Source: Methanobacteriota archaeon
GTDB taxonomy: Archaea; Thermoplasmatota; Thermoplasmata; SG8-5; JAGLSY01
Direction of reading: 5' to 3'
Length of the DNA: 64,000 nucleotides
Assembly: GCA_020697715.1 (NCBI GenBank)
Contig: JAEHCO010000001.1
Coordinates: 224,001 to 288,000 of the forward strand
The notes under the pieces are model-generated. The model ran no database searches. It was not told the origin of the DNA and was given only the letters and a program-made list of their open reading frames with translations. Every line of letters starts with the position of its first letter. Within the stretch, counting starts at the first letter, position 1. The position numbers were made by a program, and so were the translations under genes. Shown here piece by piece: positions 1 to 9,168 of this stretch.

Positions 1-1
1 C

Positions 2-157
2 ATAAAATGTAACATATGCTGGAAGTTCTGCCCCGAGCCCGCGATAACACTGGATGAAGAAGGATATCCAGTGATCGCATTGTTCCACTGCAAGGGATGT
101 GGAATATGCGCGAATGAATGTCCAAAGGACGCGATAAAGATGGTAATGGAGGAGTGA
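2..157 (+). CDS. porD: 2-oxoacid:ferredoxin oxidoreductase delta subunit (Por/Vor family), 5'-truncated by window edge
   Basis: Manual translation IKCNICWKFCPEPAI...CKGCGICANECPKDAIKMVMEE* has two 4Fe-4S motifs and lies directly upstream of porA. Confidence 0.85.
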   Translation: MKCNICWKFCPEPAITLDEEGYPVIALFHCKGCGICANECPKDAIKMVMEE

Positions 158-159
158 TC

Positions 160-1350
160 ATGGTTAAAGCAGTTATTAGTGGAAATTCAGCATCGGCCTA
201 CGGTGCGAAGATTGCAAAAGCAGAAGTTATCGCGGCCTATCCAATTACACCTCAGACCTCCATAATCGAGAAGATAGCCAGCTTTGTGGCCAATGGCGAG
301 TTCAAGACCGAATTCGTCAAAGTTGAAAGTGAGCACAGCGCGATGGCCGCGTGTGTGGCAGCCTCCCTTACTGGAGCAAGGACCTACACGGCCAGTTCCT
401 CACATGGTTTACTTCTCATGCACGAGATGCTGATATGGGCGTCTGGCGCGAGAACGCCTATCGTGATGTCCAATGTCAATAGAGCGAATGGCCCACCTTG
501 GAGCGTGTGGGCGGATCAGCATGATACGATGGCCCAGAGAGATACTGGGTGGATGCAAATATATTGTGAAAGCAATCAGGAAGTGCTTGATTCTATATTG
601 ATGTCTTATAAGATCGGAGAATCACCCGATATCATGATACCATCCATGATAATCGAGGATGCTTTCATTCTTTCACATACCGTGGAGCCAGTTGATATTC
701 CGGATCAGGATGCGGTGGATGATTTCCTGCCTCCTTTTGCCCCGGAAAAGAAATTGGATCCAGATGACCCACATGGCTTTGGAAGCCTCGTGATGCCTGA
801 ATGGTATATGGAATTCAGATATAAAATTGCAGAATCCATGGATCTGGCCCGTGACAGGATCAGGGAAGTGGAGAAGGACTTCGAGAAGAGGTTCGGAAGA
901 TCATACGGTGGTCTGATGGACTTCTACGAGGTGGAAGACGCGGACGCCGTCCTGATGATAGGTGGAAGTGTGGCCAGTACGGCCAAGGAAGTCATTGACA
1001 AGATGCGCAAAGAAGGTAAAAAAGTAGGATTGGCGCGTGTCAGATACTTCAGGCCCTTCCCTGTTGACGAGGTCAGATGGCTGGCCAAGAAGGTCAATAA
1101 GATAGGGGTCGTCGACCGCAGTTACTGCTTCGGCCATGGTGGACCGATAGCGGCTGAAGTTTATGGCGCGCTCTTACCCACTGGCGACAGACCGATAGTT
1201 AAGAATTTCATAGCCGGCCTTGGTGGAAAGGACATAACTCCAGAAGTCCTGGAGAGGCTCTTCAACAAGATGCTGGTGACCAATGAGAGCGGAACGGAGA
1301 AAGAGATCGAATGGGTGGATGTCAAAGGACATAGCTTGGGGGTTGAGTGA
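160..1350 (+). CDS. porA: pyruvate/ketoisovalerate:ferredoxin oxidoreductase alpha subunit
   Basis: YPITPQT and ESEHSAM motifs; start moved to ATG 160 after GGAGTGA RBS. Confidence 0.9.
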   Translation: MVKAVISGNSASAYGAKIAKAEVIAAYPITPQTSIIEKIASFVANGEFKTEFVKVESEHSAMAACVAASLTGARTYTASSSHGLLLMHEMLIWASGARTPIVMSNVNRANGPPWSVWADQHDTMAQRDTGWMQIYCESNQEVLDSILMSYKIGESPDIMIPSMIIEDAFILSHTVEPVDIPDQDAVDDFLPPFAPEKKLDPDDPHGFGSLVMPEWYMEFRYKIAESMDLARDRIREVEKDFEKRFGRSYGGLMDFYEVEDADAVLMIGGSVASTAKEVIDKMRKEGKKVGLARVRYFRPFPVDEVRWLAKKVNKIGVVDRSYCFGHGGPIAAEVYGALLPTGDRPIVKNFIAGLGGKDITPEVLERLFNKMLVTNESGTEKEIEWVDVKGHSLGVE

Positions 1351-1351
1351 T

Positions 1352-2266
1352 ATGGCGAAGTTAACTATTCCAGAAGAAGAACTGATGTACCCTGGACATG
1401 TAGGATGTCTGGGCTGCGGAGCGACACTGGCCATGAGATACATGCTCAAGGCTCTGGGACAAAGAACGATCATCAGTGTGCCCGCATGTTGCTGGGCCGT
1501 CATGCCAGGTGTGTTCCCGCTCACCTGTCTGAAGATCCCCATGCTGTACACGGCTTTTGAGACCACTGGAGCCTCGATATCTGGTATCAGGGCTGCATTG
1601 GATGCGAAGGGCATCGACGATATCACTGTGGTAGGCTGGGCCGGTGATGGTGGAACCGCGGATATCGGTATCCAGGCATTGTCCGGAGCTGTGGAAAGAG
1701 GTACGGATGTGATGTACGTGATGTATGATAATGAAGCATACATGAACACGGGCGTGCAGAGAAGCTCCGCCACACCAACTGGAGCATGGACGACCACCAC
1801 GCCAGTCGGTTCAACAAAGGACTGGAAGAAGATGCCGAAGAAGGACATGGTGGAGATCATGGTCGCACACAAGATACCATACACCGCGACAATGAGCATC
1901 GCATATCCTGAGGACATGATCAAGAAACTTCAGAAGGCTCAGAAGATCAAGGGTCCGAAATTCATCCACATCTACGCACCTTGCCCAACAGGATGGCGCA
2001 TGGCCCCCGATAAAACTGTAGAGATCGCGAAGATGGCCACAGCTTGTGGCGTATTCCCACTTTATGAAGTTGAGAATGGTGTTTACACAATAACCCGAAA
2101 GCCAGAATTAAAACCTGTAATGCCATATCTAGCATTACAGGGCAGGTTCCGACATCTTCCCCAGGAAGAGCTGGATGGCATTCAGAATGAGATTGATAAG
2201 AAGTGGAATAGACTTCTTAAATTAGAAGAATTTACTAAGGAACTAGACGAAATGGAGGGAGATTGA
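1352..2266 (+). CDS. porB: pyruvate/ketoisovalerate:ferredoxin oxidoreductase beta subunit
   Basis: GHVGCLGCG, GDGGTADIG (TPP binding), YDNEAYMNTG, PCPTGW. Confidence 0.9.
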   Translation: MAKLTIPEEELMYPGHVGCLGCGATLAMRYMLKALGQRTIISVPACCWAVMPGVFPLTCLKIPMLYTAFETTGASISGIRAALDAKGIDDITVVGWAGDGGTADIGIQALSGAVERGTDVMYVMYDNEAYMNTGVQRSSATPTGAWTTTTPVGSTKDWKKMPKKDMVEIMVAHKIPYTATMSIAYPEDMIKKLQKAQKIKGPKFIHIYAPCPTGWRMAPDKTVEIAKMATACGVFPLYEVENGVYTITRKPELKPVMPYLALQGRFRHLPQEELDGIQNEIDKKWNRLLKLEEFTKELDEMEGD

Positions 2267-2316
2267 ATGCGAGAGCGTAGCGATTGCATTCAAAAGTTCG
2301 AGTATCTCTCGAACTT
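2263..2316. repeat. short palindromic intergenic repeat family B (TTGAATGC...GCATTCAA), copy 1
   Basis: Near-identical to reverse complement of 6223-6262 and related to 59706-59736. Confidence 0.7.
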
Positions 2317-2342
2317 CGATTCAATAAAGGAGTGGTTTTAAT

Positions 2343-4223
2343 ATGGCAATGCACCCGGTACTTGACAAGGACGTGAACAAGAAGATATTCCTACTTGGGA
2401 ATGAAGCTATCGTGAGAGGGGCACTTGAAGCTGGACTCGATGTCGCGGCCGCTTATCCAGGAACTCCATCATCAGAGATCGGCAATACATTTGACAAGAT
2501 GGGCGATGACGCGGGAGTGTACTTCGAATACTCCACCAATGAGAAGGTGGCCATGGAAGTGGCTGCCGCTGGAAGCGCATGTAATCTTAGAGCCATGACC
2601 TTCATGAAGCATGTGGGACTCAATGTCGCCGCAGACGCGTACATGACCATCGCGTACACAGGTGTCAGAGGTGGTATGTTGATGGTGTGCGCGGATGACC
2701 CTTCATGTCATTCGAGCCAGAACGAGCAAGACAATCGTTATTATGCGAGATTGGCCAATATCCCGATGCTCGAGCCTTCATCATGCTCCGAGGCAAAGGA
2801 GATGACCAGACTGGGCTTCGATCTTTCTGAAGAGATCGAACTTCCCATACTTCTAAGAACGACCACCAGGATCAATCACATGAGAGGGATCGTGAACCTC
2901 GGACCTCTTGTACCTGGAAAGGGAAAGGGTTATTTCGACAAGGATCCAGGCAGGTTCGTCACCATACCGGCTCATGCCAGGACAGGCCATATCAACCTTC
3001 TGAAAAGAATGGAGAAGGCGATGGAGATATCGGAAAACTCGCCTTTCAACAAGGTCATCGATCTCGGAGGAGACGAGATCGGCATCGTGGCCTCGGGAGC
3101 GGCTTACAATTATGTTATCGATTACATGAAAAGCAATGGGATCAAAGGCAAGGTGCTGAAGCTCGGAATGAGCCATCCAGTGCCTGAAAAGATGTGTGCG
3201 GATTTCATGGCCTCGGTCAAGATGGTCGCTGTCGCGGAAGAAGGAGAACCACTCCTGGAGAACGATCTCAGCAAGATCGCTTATCAGAGGGAGCTGAAGG
3301 TCAAGATATACGGCAAGAACACGGACCATTTCTCAAGGCGCAATGAATACAGTCCAGATACCATAAAGGCTGGGCTAGGCAAGCTCTTGAACATTCCAGT
3401 TAATGATAATAAGCTGGTCCCAAGAAAAGTGGAACTTCCAACCAGGCCACCAAGCCTGTGTCCGGGATGTCCACACAGGCATACTTACCATGCCCTGAAG
3501 AAAGCACTGGGTCAAAAGTTCAAAGAAGCAATTTATTCCACGGATATTGGATGCTACACTTTGGGTATCCAGTCGCCACTGAACAGCGCGGATTTCCTGC
3601 TATGCATGGGATCCAGCGTGGACGCGGCCGGTGGGTTTTCAAAGGCCACCGACCAACCAGCACTGGCCTTCCTCGGAGATTCAACCTTTTTCCATTCTGG
3701 AATTCATGGATTGATCAATGCAGTATGGAATGAACACAAGTTCGTTTATACAATTCTGGACAATCGAACAACAGCGATGACCGGCCACCAGCCAAACCCA
3801 GGTATGGGAAGGCGTGGAGGCGGTGCACCAAGCAAGGGCTCGGACATTGAGAGCATTGTCCGAGGTTGCGGTGTGGAGTTCGTTAGGGTTGTGGACCCTA
3901 ATGACATCAAAGCCACTACACAGGTTTACAAAGAAGCACTGGCATATGATGGATTGGCAGTCGTTATCACTAAAAGGGCATGCGCTTTGCTTGAAGTGCG
4001 TGAGTGGAAAAAAGAAGGTTCTTTCACACCATACCAGGTGGATCAAGAGAAGTGTAAGAAGTGCAAGGTGTGCATCAATACATTCGCATGCCCGGCCATC
4101 GAGCTGGATAATGAAGGTGTTGTATCCATCAATGAGGAATACTGCAATGGATGCAGTGTGTGTGTACAGGTATGTCCCTTTGGAGCCATTGGCCCAGTTA
4201 ATGATACAGGGGTGAAACAATGA
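2343..4223 (+). CDS. iorA: indolepyruvate:ferredoxin oxidoreductase alpha subunit
   Basis: LLGNEAIVRGA, YPGTPSSEI, NEKVAME, MKHVGLNVAAD, CPGCPHR, GDSTFFHSG, C-terminal ferredoxin domain. Confidence 0.93.
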   Translation: MAMHPVLDKDVNKKIFLLGNEAIVRGALEAGLDVAAAYPGTPSSEIGNTFDKMGDDAGVYFEYSTNEKVAMEVAAAGSACNLRAMTFMKHVGLNVAADAYMTIAYTGVRGGMLMVCADDPSCHSSQNEQDNRYYARLANIPMLEPSSCSEAKEMTRLGFDLSEEIELPILLRTTTRINHMRGIVNLGPLVPGKGKGYFDKDPGRFVTIPAHARTGHINLLKRMEKAMEISENSPFNKVIDLGGDEIGIVASGAAYNYVIDYMKSNGIKGKVLKLGMSHPVPEKMCADFMASVKMVAVAEEGEPLLENDLSKIAYQRELKVKIYGKNTDHFSRRNEYSPDTIKAGLGKLLNIPVNDNKLVPRKVELPTRPPSLCPGCPHRHTYHALKKALGQKFKEAIYSTDIGCYTLGIQSPLNSADFLLCMGSSVDAAGGFSKATDQPALAFLGDSTFFHSGIHGLINAVWNEHKFVYTILDNRTTAMTGHQPNPGMGRRGGGAPSKGSDIESIVRGCGVEFVRVVDPNDIKATTQVYKEALAYDGLAVVITKRACALLEVREWKKEGSFTPYQVDQEKCKKCKVCINTFACPAIELDNEGVVSINEEYCNGCSVCVQVCPFGAIGPVNDTGVKQ

Positions 4224-4819
4224 GTCAACTAAGAATCGTCATAGTCGGCGTCGGAGGACAAGGAGTGCTTTCAGCCGCCAAGAACATAGGAGGAGCCGCG
4301 CTGGAAGCCGGACATGGCGTAGTCATGTCCGAGGTTCACGGAATGGCCCAGAGGGGCGGCGTGGTCGTCTGCAATATCTGCATCGGGGATCTGGACAGCT
4401 CGTTGATCGGCAATGGAGAGGCTGATGTGATACTGTCATTCGAGCCTATCGAGGCCTACAGAGCGCTTAATCTGGCTAATAAAGATACTATCATAATCAC
4501 CAACACAGCTCCCGTGATACCAGTCACAGCATCCATCGGCGAGATGAAATATCCCGATCTGGATGATATCTTCTCAGCAATTGGCGAGGTCAATTCCAAC
4601 TTGATAAAAGTGGCTGCCACGGAACTGGCTAAAGAAGCAGGAACCGCTTTGGCCGCCAATACCGTCATGCTCGGAGCTCTAGCCGCGACAGGAAAGATGC
4701 CTGTAAGCGCGGATGATCTGAAGAAGTACATGTTGTCCAAGGTACCACCGAAGACCGTGGAAATGAATGGCAAGGCCTTTGACATGGGTGTAAATGCCTG
4801 CAATACGGGCAAGTGCTGA
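4220..4819 (+). CDS. iorB: indolepyruvate:ferredoxin oxidoreductase beta subunit
   Basis: GVGGQG and SEVHGMAQRGG motifs; ATGA overlap with iorA. Confidence 0.92.
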   Translation: MSQLRIVIVGVGGQGVLSAAKNIGGAALEAGHGVVMSEVHGMAQRGGVVVCNICIGDLDSSLIGNGEADVILSFEPIEAYRALNLANKDTIIITNTAPVIPVTASIGEMKYPDLDDIFSAIGEVNSNLIKVAATELAKEAGTALAANTVMLGALAATGKMPVSADDLKKYMLSKVPPKTVEMNGKAFDMGVNACNTGKC

Positions 4820-4901
4820 TTCGATATACTGGCAGTACTGAGATAACTGTATCAGAGATGGTATATGAAATAATGGAATCGAGGAAAAAGTAAAGCTCGC
4901 T

Positions 4902-6203
4902 TTACTTTTTCCTATTATCTTCCACCCTCTTTGCCTTGATCGTGGTCTGTTCGATCGAACCAGGATCCAGAACATTCACTGTTGGACCGAGAGTTATGAC
5001 CGCTTTTATTCCGATAGCCAGAGTCTTGGCCAATGTCTCCTTCTCGGCTTCAGATATGATCTTTTTAGTTTCCACATCCACCTTCATCTGATCCATGATA
5101 CCTTCTGTGTAAAGCGTGATCTTGTAATTGGTCCCCACAGCGTCATTGCCCATGAGCACGTGCTCGATCTGGCTTGGGTAGATATTGGTTCCACGGATGA
5201 TTATCATGTCATCGCTTCTTCCCTTGATCGGTGCGTGTTTCACATGCGTACGCCCGCACTCGCATCCACCATCATAGATGAATGACAGATCTCGAGTCCT
5301 GTATCTGAGGATCGGCATGCCTTCTTTGGTTATTGTGGAAATGACCATCTCGCCCTCTTCCTCAACACCCACTGGCTCACCGGTCTTCGGGTCTATTATC
5401 TCGAGCAGGAAATGATCCTCCCAAAGATGCAATCCATCATGCTGATCGCAGTCCGTTGAAACTCCCGGACCGCACATTTCCGTCAATCCGTAAATATCAT
5501 GGACGTCCATGTTCCACGTGTCGCATAATTTCTTCTTCAGGCCAGATGAGAACATCTCGGCTCCGAAAAGACCATTTCGGACTTTCAAGTCTTTATCTGG
5601 CTCCAGGCCCATTGAAAGTGCCTTCTGGCCCAGGTAAGCCGCGTATGAAGCCACACCTGAAACAAAAGTGACGCCGTAATCTTTCATCAATTGCAACTGG
5701 CGCTCGGTCTGGCCACCACCCGAAGGAACAACAAGCGCTCCCACTTTCATGCCCCCGTAATGGAAGCCGAAAGCTCCTGTGAAAAGACCATATGGGATCG
5801 GGTTCTGGAAGACGTCTTTCGATGTCAATCCACTCATGGATAAACATCGAGCCATAACCTCCGACCACACATCCAGATCATGTTGTGTGTAGCAAACCGT
5901 GATCGGATTGCCAGTGGTTCCGCTGGACGCGTGCAATTCGATAGTGTTCTCCAGATCAGTTGCCATCAGACCGAAAGGATAATTGTCCCTCAGATCGTTC
6001 TTGACAGTGAAGGGGATCTTCTGAATATCATCCAGTGTCTTGATATCCGATGGTTTGACACCCACCTTGTCAAGGCCGTTCCTGTAGAATGGGACATTGT
6101 CATAAGCGTGCTTGACAACTCCTCTTAGATTCTCTAGTTGAAGACTTTTCAACTCCGGTCTCGGCATTGTTTCCAGTTTCTTATTGAATATGAAATCCGA
6201 CAT
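4902..6203 (-). CDS. paaK: phenylacetate-CoA ligase family protein
   Basis: HASSGTTGNP, DIYGLTE, LRYRTRD, GRSDDMIIIRGTNIYPSQIE; adjacent to ior genes. Confidence 0.88.
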   Translation of the reverse strand: MSDFIFNKKLETMPRPELKSLQLENLRGVVKHAYDNVPFYRNGLDKVGVKPSDIKTLDDIQKIPFTVKNDLRDNYPFGLMATDLENTIELHASSGTTGNPITVCYTQHDLDVWSEVMARCLSMSGLTSKDVFQNPIPYGLFTGAFGFHYGGMKVGALVVPSGGGQTERQLQLMKDYGVTFVSGVASYAAYLGQKALSMGLEPDKDLKVRNGLFGAEMFSSGLKKKLCDTWNMDVHDIYGLTEMCGPGVSTDCDQHDGLHLWEDHFLLEIIDPKTGEPVGVEEEGEMVISTITKEGMPILRYRTRDLSFIYDGGCECGRTHVKHAPIKGRSDDMIIIRGTNIYPSQIEHVLMGNDAVGTNYKITLYTEGIMDQMKVDVETKKIISEAEKETLAKTLAIGIKAVITLGPTVNVLDPGSIEQTTIKAKRVEDNRKK

Positions 6204-6222
6204 CTAATTCCTCCATCACATT

Positions 6223-6262
6223 TCGGAATTTTGAATGCAATCACTTCGTTCTCGCATTCAAT
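6223..6262. repeat. repeat family B, copy 2
   Basis: Reverse complement ATTGAATGCGAGAACGAAGTGATTGCATTCAAAATTCCGA matches 2262-2301. Confidence 0.7.
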
Positions 6263-6358
6263 TTCCACTTCCTCACGCATATGATATGAGCTATCATAAG
6301 CTCAACATCAAATCTAAGCTAAATTTATCTGGCACTTATTCGACCATGGCCGATAAAG

Positions 6359-6666
6359 TGCCAGGCACCGAGCTAGTCGCCCGCACCACGCACTGGTTAG
6401 TCATTGACCTTCTCGGTTCCGCAACCCTGAGAGCGTCGGTAATATGTGGTAAGGCTGCTCCCGTCAGGGCCTGACCCGGTCTCCACAATCAAGGAAATAA
6501 TACCGCCCTCCGGCTGCATTATTTTCCACTTCCAACCCCAAAGGACAGAACCTCATGGTCGGACAATGGTCCAACACGGGGCCGGTTACGCCGTACTCGG
6601 CCGTCACCCCTGCTAAAGACGATTTCAGTGTATAAGGGGACGCCTACCCCCCCGGTTAGCCTAGCA
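6359..6666 (-). ncRNA. ffs: archaeal signal recognition particle (7S) RNA
   Basis: Minus strand: 5' Alu domain (GCTAGGC..CCGGGGGGTAGGCGTCCCC), helix 6 GCC-GGAG-GGC, helix 8 GGGTCAGGCCC-TGAC-GGGAGCAGCC; 5'/3' ends pair (GCTAGGC/GCCTGGC); about 308 nt. Confidence 0.92.
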
Positions 6667-6686
6667 TTTGAGGTTAATGAGGAGGC

Positions 6687-6698
6687 ATATATAAAACT
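6687..6698 (-). promoter_or_regulatory. TATA box of SRP RNA gene
   Basis: TTTTATATAT on minus strand about 25 nt upstream of the SRP RNA 5' end. Confidence 0.6.
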
Positions 6699-6774
6699 TA
6701 GCGGTGTAGAATCAAGGCAATGTCACAGTAAGGGTGGGTCTCAGTGTATTCTCAGCGAGGTGGGGGCGGAGCCA

Positions 6775-6954
6775 GGTGGGGGCAATGTGTTAACAAAGCA
6801 ATTATATTCAAACATGCCCCGTCTGGACAATTCAAAGAATATTCAGCAGGGCGGGGTACTCTCAGTGATGTGCTAGCGAGTGACAGTCACAGAGTGCTCT
6901 AATATTCGAAGCCCCGTCAGGAGCTCAGCGATGGGCGGGGAGGTCATCCTTTCT
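6775..6954 (+). repeat. structured intergenic repeat family A (MITE/PATE-like, IS200/IS605 right-end-like), copy 1
   Basis: AACATGCCCCGTC..GGGCGGGGTACTCTCAGTGATG..GAGTGACAGTCACAGAGTGC..GAAGCCCCGTC..GGGCGGGGAGGTCA; recurs at 32089, 45078 and 46589. Confidence 0.85.
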
Positions 6955-7010
6955 AAAACCCCAAACACGATGGGCGAGGAGCCGGGTGGGCGCGATACAA
7001 GATACCAGCA

Positions 7011-7988
7011 CTACCGCCAAACAACATCAACGTCATCTGTCCGGTATCTCTGATCCACCTTTGTCTCGCTGATGTCATGCGCAACTCCTGCTTTATTCAT
7101 CAACAGGCCGTTCCAGGCTATCATGGCCCCATTGTCCGAGCATAGAGGGCCAGGAGGAACGAACATCCTGGCATCTCTCTCACTGGCCATTATCGTGACC
7201 ATTTCCTGCAATCGCTTATTCTGGGCCACACCTCCACCCAGAAGTACTTCCGATGTGCCGAGATGTGCCATCGCCCTCTCGGTGACCTCGACCAGCATGG
7301 CGAAAGTCGTTTCTTGAAGACTATGTGAGATGTCTTCAATTTTGTGTTTTTCCTTCTTGGCCAGTGCGGCTGTCAGGATGCCGGAAAAAGCAATGTCCAT
7401 ACCCTTGACCGAATAGGGTAGGTCAAGGTATTGGTCTCCATCCCTGGCCATCTTCTCAATGGTCGGGCCTGCTGGGAATGGCATGTCCATCTCTCGCCCG
7501 AATTTATCCAACATGTTACCGATGCCAATGTCCAGTGTTTCTCCAAAAACACGGTATTTTCCATTGGCAAAAGCGATCACCTGGGTATTGCCTCCGGACA
7601 CGTACAGAAGAACTGGATCCTGGCAATCGAACATTCCACGACCTATTTCCAGGTGCGCGACGCAATGATTCACGCCCACTATTGGTTTTTTCAGGGTGAG
7701 GGATAATGCTCGTGCCATCGTGGCCCCGGTACGGAGACACGGGCCCAATCCAGGTCCCTGGGCGAAGGCCACTACATCGATCTCCTGCTTGGATATACCA
7801 GCTTTCTCCATGGCCAGCTTCAATACAGCTGGGCCTTTGTCCGCGTGGTGGTTGGCCGCTTCTCTTGGATGGATACCGCCCTGCTTCGGGCTGTACATGA
7901 TGGTCTCATTGGCGAGTATTCGGCATTGTTCATCCACAATACCAACCCCGAAGCTGTGGGCTGTGGATTCAATTCCCAAGCATATCAT
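7011..7988 (-). CDS. kae1: tRNA N6-adenosine threonylcarbamoyltransferase Kae1
   Basis: LGIESTAH, GGIHPREAA, GPGLGPCL, VNHCVAHLEIG, YVSGGNTQ, DNGAMIA. Confidence 0.95.
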   Translation of the reverse strand: MICLGIESTAHSFGVGIVDEQCRILANETIMYSPKQGGIHPREAANHHADKGPAVLKLAMEKAGISKQEIDVVAFAQGPGLGPCLRTGATMARALSLTLKKPIVGVNHCVAHLEIGRGMFDCQDPVLLYVSGGNTQVIAFANGKYRVFGETLDIGIGNMLDKFGREMDMPFPAGPTIEKMARDGDQYLDLPYSVKGMDIAFSGILTAALAKKEKHKIEDISHSLQETTFAMLVEVTERAMAHLGTSEVLLGGGVAQNKRLQEMVTIMASERDARMFVPPGPLCSDNGAMIAWNGLLMNKAGVAHDISETKVDQRYRTDDVDVVWR

Positions 7989-8104
7989 TGGACTTGGATA
8001 ACTCTAGTCGGTTAAAAAACTTCTTGATAGGATCTCTTGATAGTATCCGATGATAATCATTTACCAATCTTCGCTATGTCCAGCATCGCGTTCTGACAGA
8101 ATGC

Positions 8105-8356
8105 TTATTTTCCAATATTCGCGATATCCAGCATTCTGTTCTTTATATTGATCGCACCCTCAGTGGTGATATCATTGTGAACGAGGATCGGCATGTCCTT
8201 CTCTATAAGCTCGTAATAAGCTCCATGAGCCATTCCATCCACCGTGGTCATATCCATTATCTGGACATCCAGACCATCGGGTATCTTTCCCTTCAGATAG
8301 TCGCATTTCTGGCAACCTGGTTTCGTAAATAAAATTACATCCTCTGTCAAGTGCAT
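8105..8356 (-). CDS. glutaredoxin/thioredoxin-like small protein
   Basis: LFTKPGCQKC (CxxC) and MPIL cis-Pro-like motif. Confidence 0.7.
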   Translation of the reverse strand: MHLTEDVILFTKPGCQKCDYLKGKIPDGLDVQIMDMTTVDGMAHGAYYELIEKDMPILVHNDITTEGAINIKNRMLDIANIGK

Positions 8357-8438
8357 CCCTCTTCAGAAAGGGTATATTGAAAAGGGTTAAAAAGCTTTGG
8401 TTTTCCTTTCATTTTTCTTTCGTTTTTATGAGATTGTA

Positions 8439-9164
8439 TCACGTATTTGAAGGTACCAGAAATATGTCCGTCTCATCATCCATCATGATCTGCCAACTTC
8501 CAGTTCCCGAATAGTACTGGAAGGTGCCAGTGACTTCTATCTTCGAACCTGTGTCGTGATCGCCTATCATGTCATTGTCAAAGACCACACAGGCCAGTCG
8601 ATATGTTGTGTCATCATAGACATCTTGAAGTTCAAATCCCATGCCTTTCGTGCCATTGGCATCGGATATGATATACGGGTCTTCCATGGTTCCATTTGTA
8701 TGGATCAGCATGCCATCGAATATATCAGGAGAACGAAGTAATTGGGAGATGGGTATCGTGGTCTCTCCAGCAGCCTCGATGCTGAGAATATCATCGGATG
8801 AAGATACCACTAATTCGAAGACATCTTGATAGGTTTCTATGATCCCGGTGAACTGGAATACAGCTCCTGGAGTTGGCCCAGGTTCGTCATCCACATAGGC
8901 ATTATATGCATCAGATTGGACATAAACGACAATGCTGGCATTGGTCTCAGGATCCACGAGTTCGCATGACATGGAGCCGTCCTCCATCATGATCACGCTT
9001 TTTACAGTGCCGATGACCTTTGCGAGATAGCCCACGTCCTCATGCCCGATGTCCACGATGTTCATATCCTGAGGTTCGATGGTCGCTGTATAAAAATAGA
9101 GGCCGATTACCCCGGTGACAGATATAGCAATGGCGAATGCCAATAGCTTTCTATTATCCAGCAT
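8439..9164 (-). CDS. membrane-anchored protein with two OB-fold-like domains
   Basis: N-terminal TM helix; two repeats of G-x-V...D...I.V...G..I.V.G.(F/I)..Y pattern. Confidence 0.6.
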   Translation of the reverse strand: MLDNRKLLAFAIAISVTGVIGLYFYTATIEPQDMNIVDIGHEDVGYLAKVIGTVKSVIMMEDGSMSCELVDPETNASIVVYVQSDAYNAYVDDEPGPTPGAVFQFTGIIETYQDVFELVVSSSDDILSIEAAGETTIPISQLLRSPDIFDGMLIHTNGTMEDPYIISDANGTKGMGFELQDVYDDTTYRLACVVFDNDMIGDHDTGSKIEVTGTFQYYSGTGSWQIMMDDETDIFLVPSNT

Positions 9165-9168
9165 GGTA

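Noticed and set aside
6235-6876. ORFs 6235-6474 and 6628-6876
   Set aside because: They overlap the SRP RNA and repeat family A and have no protein features.
8057-8107. Selenocysteine/pyrrolysine readthrough extending the glutaredoxin-like gene
   Set aside because: The intervening stop is TAA, not TGA or TAG; the extension is better explained as a duplication.
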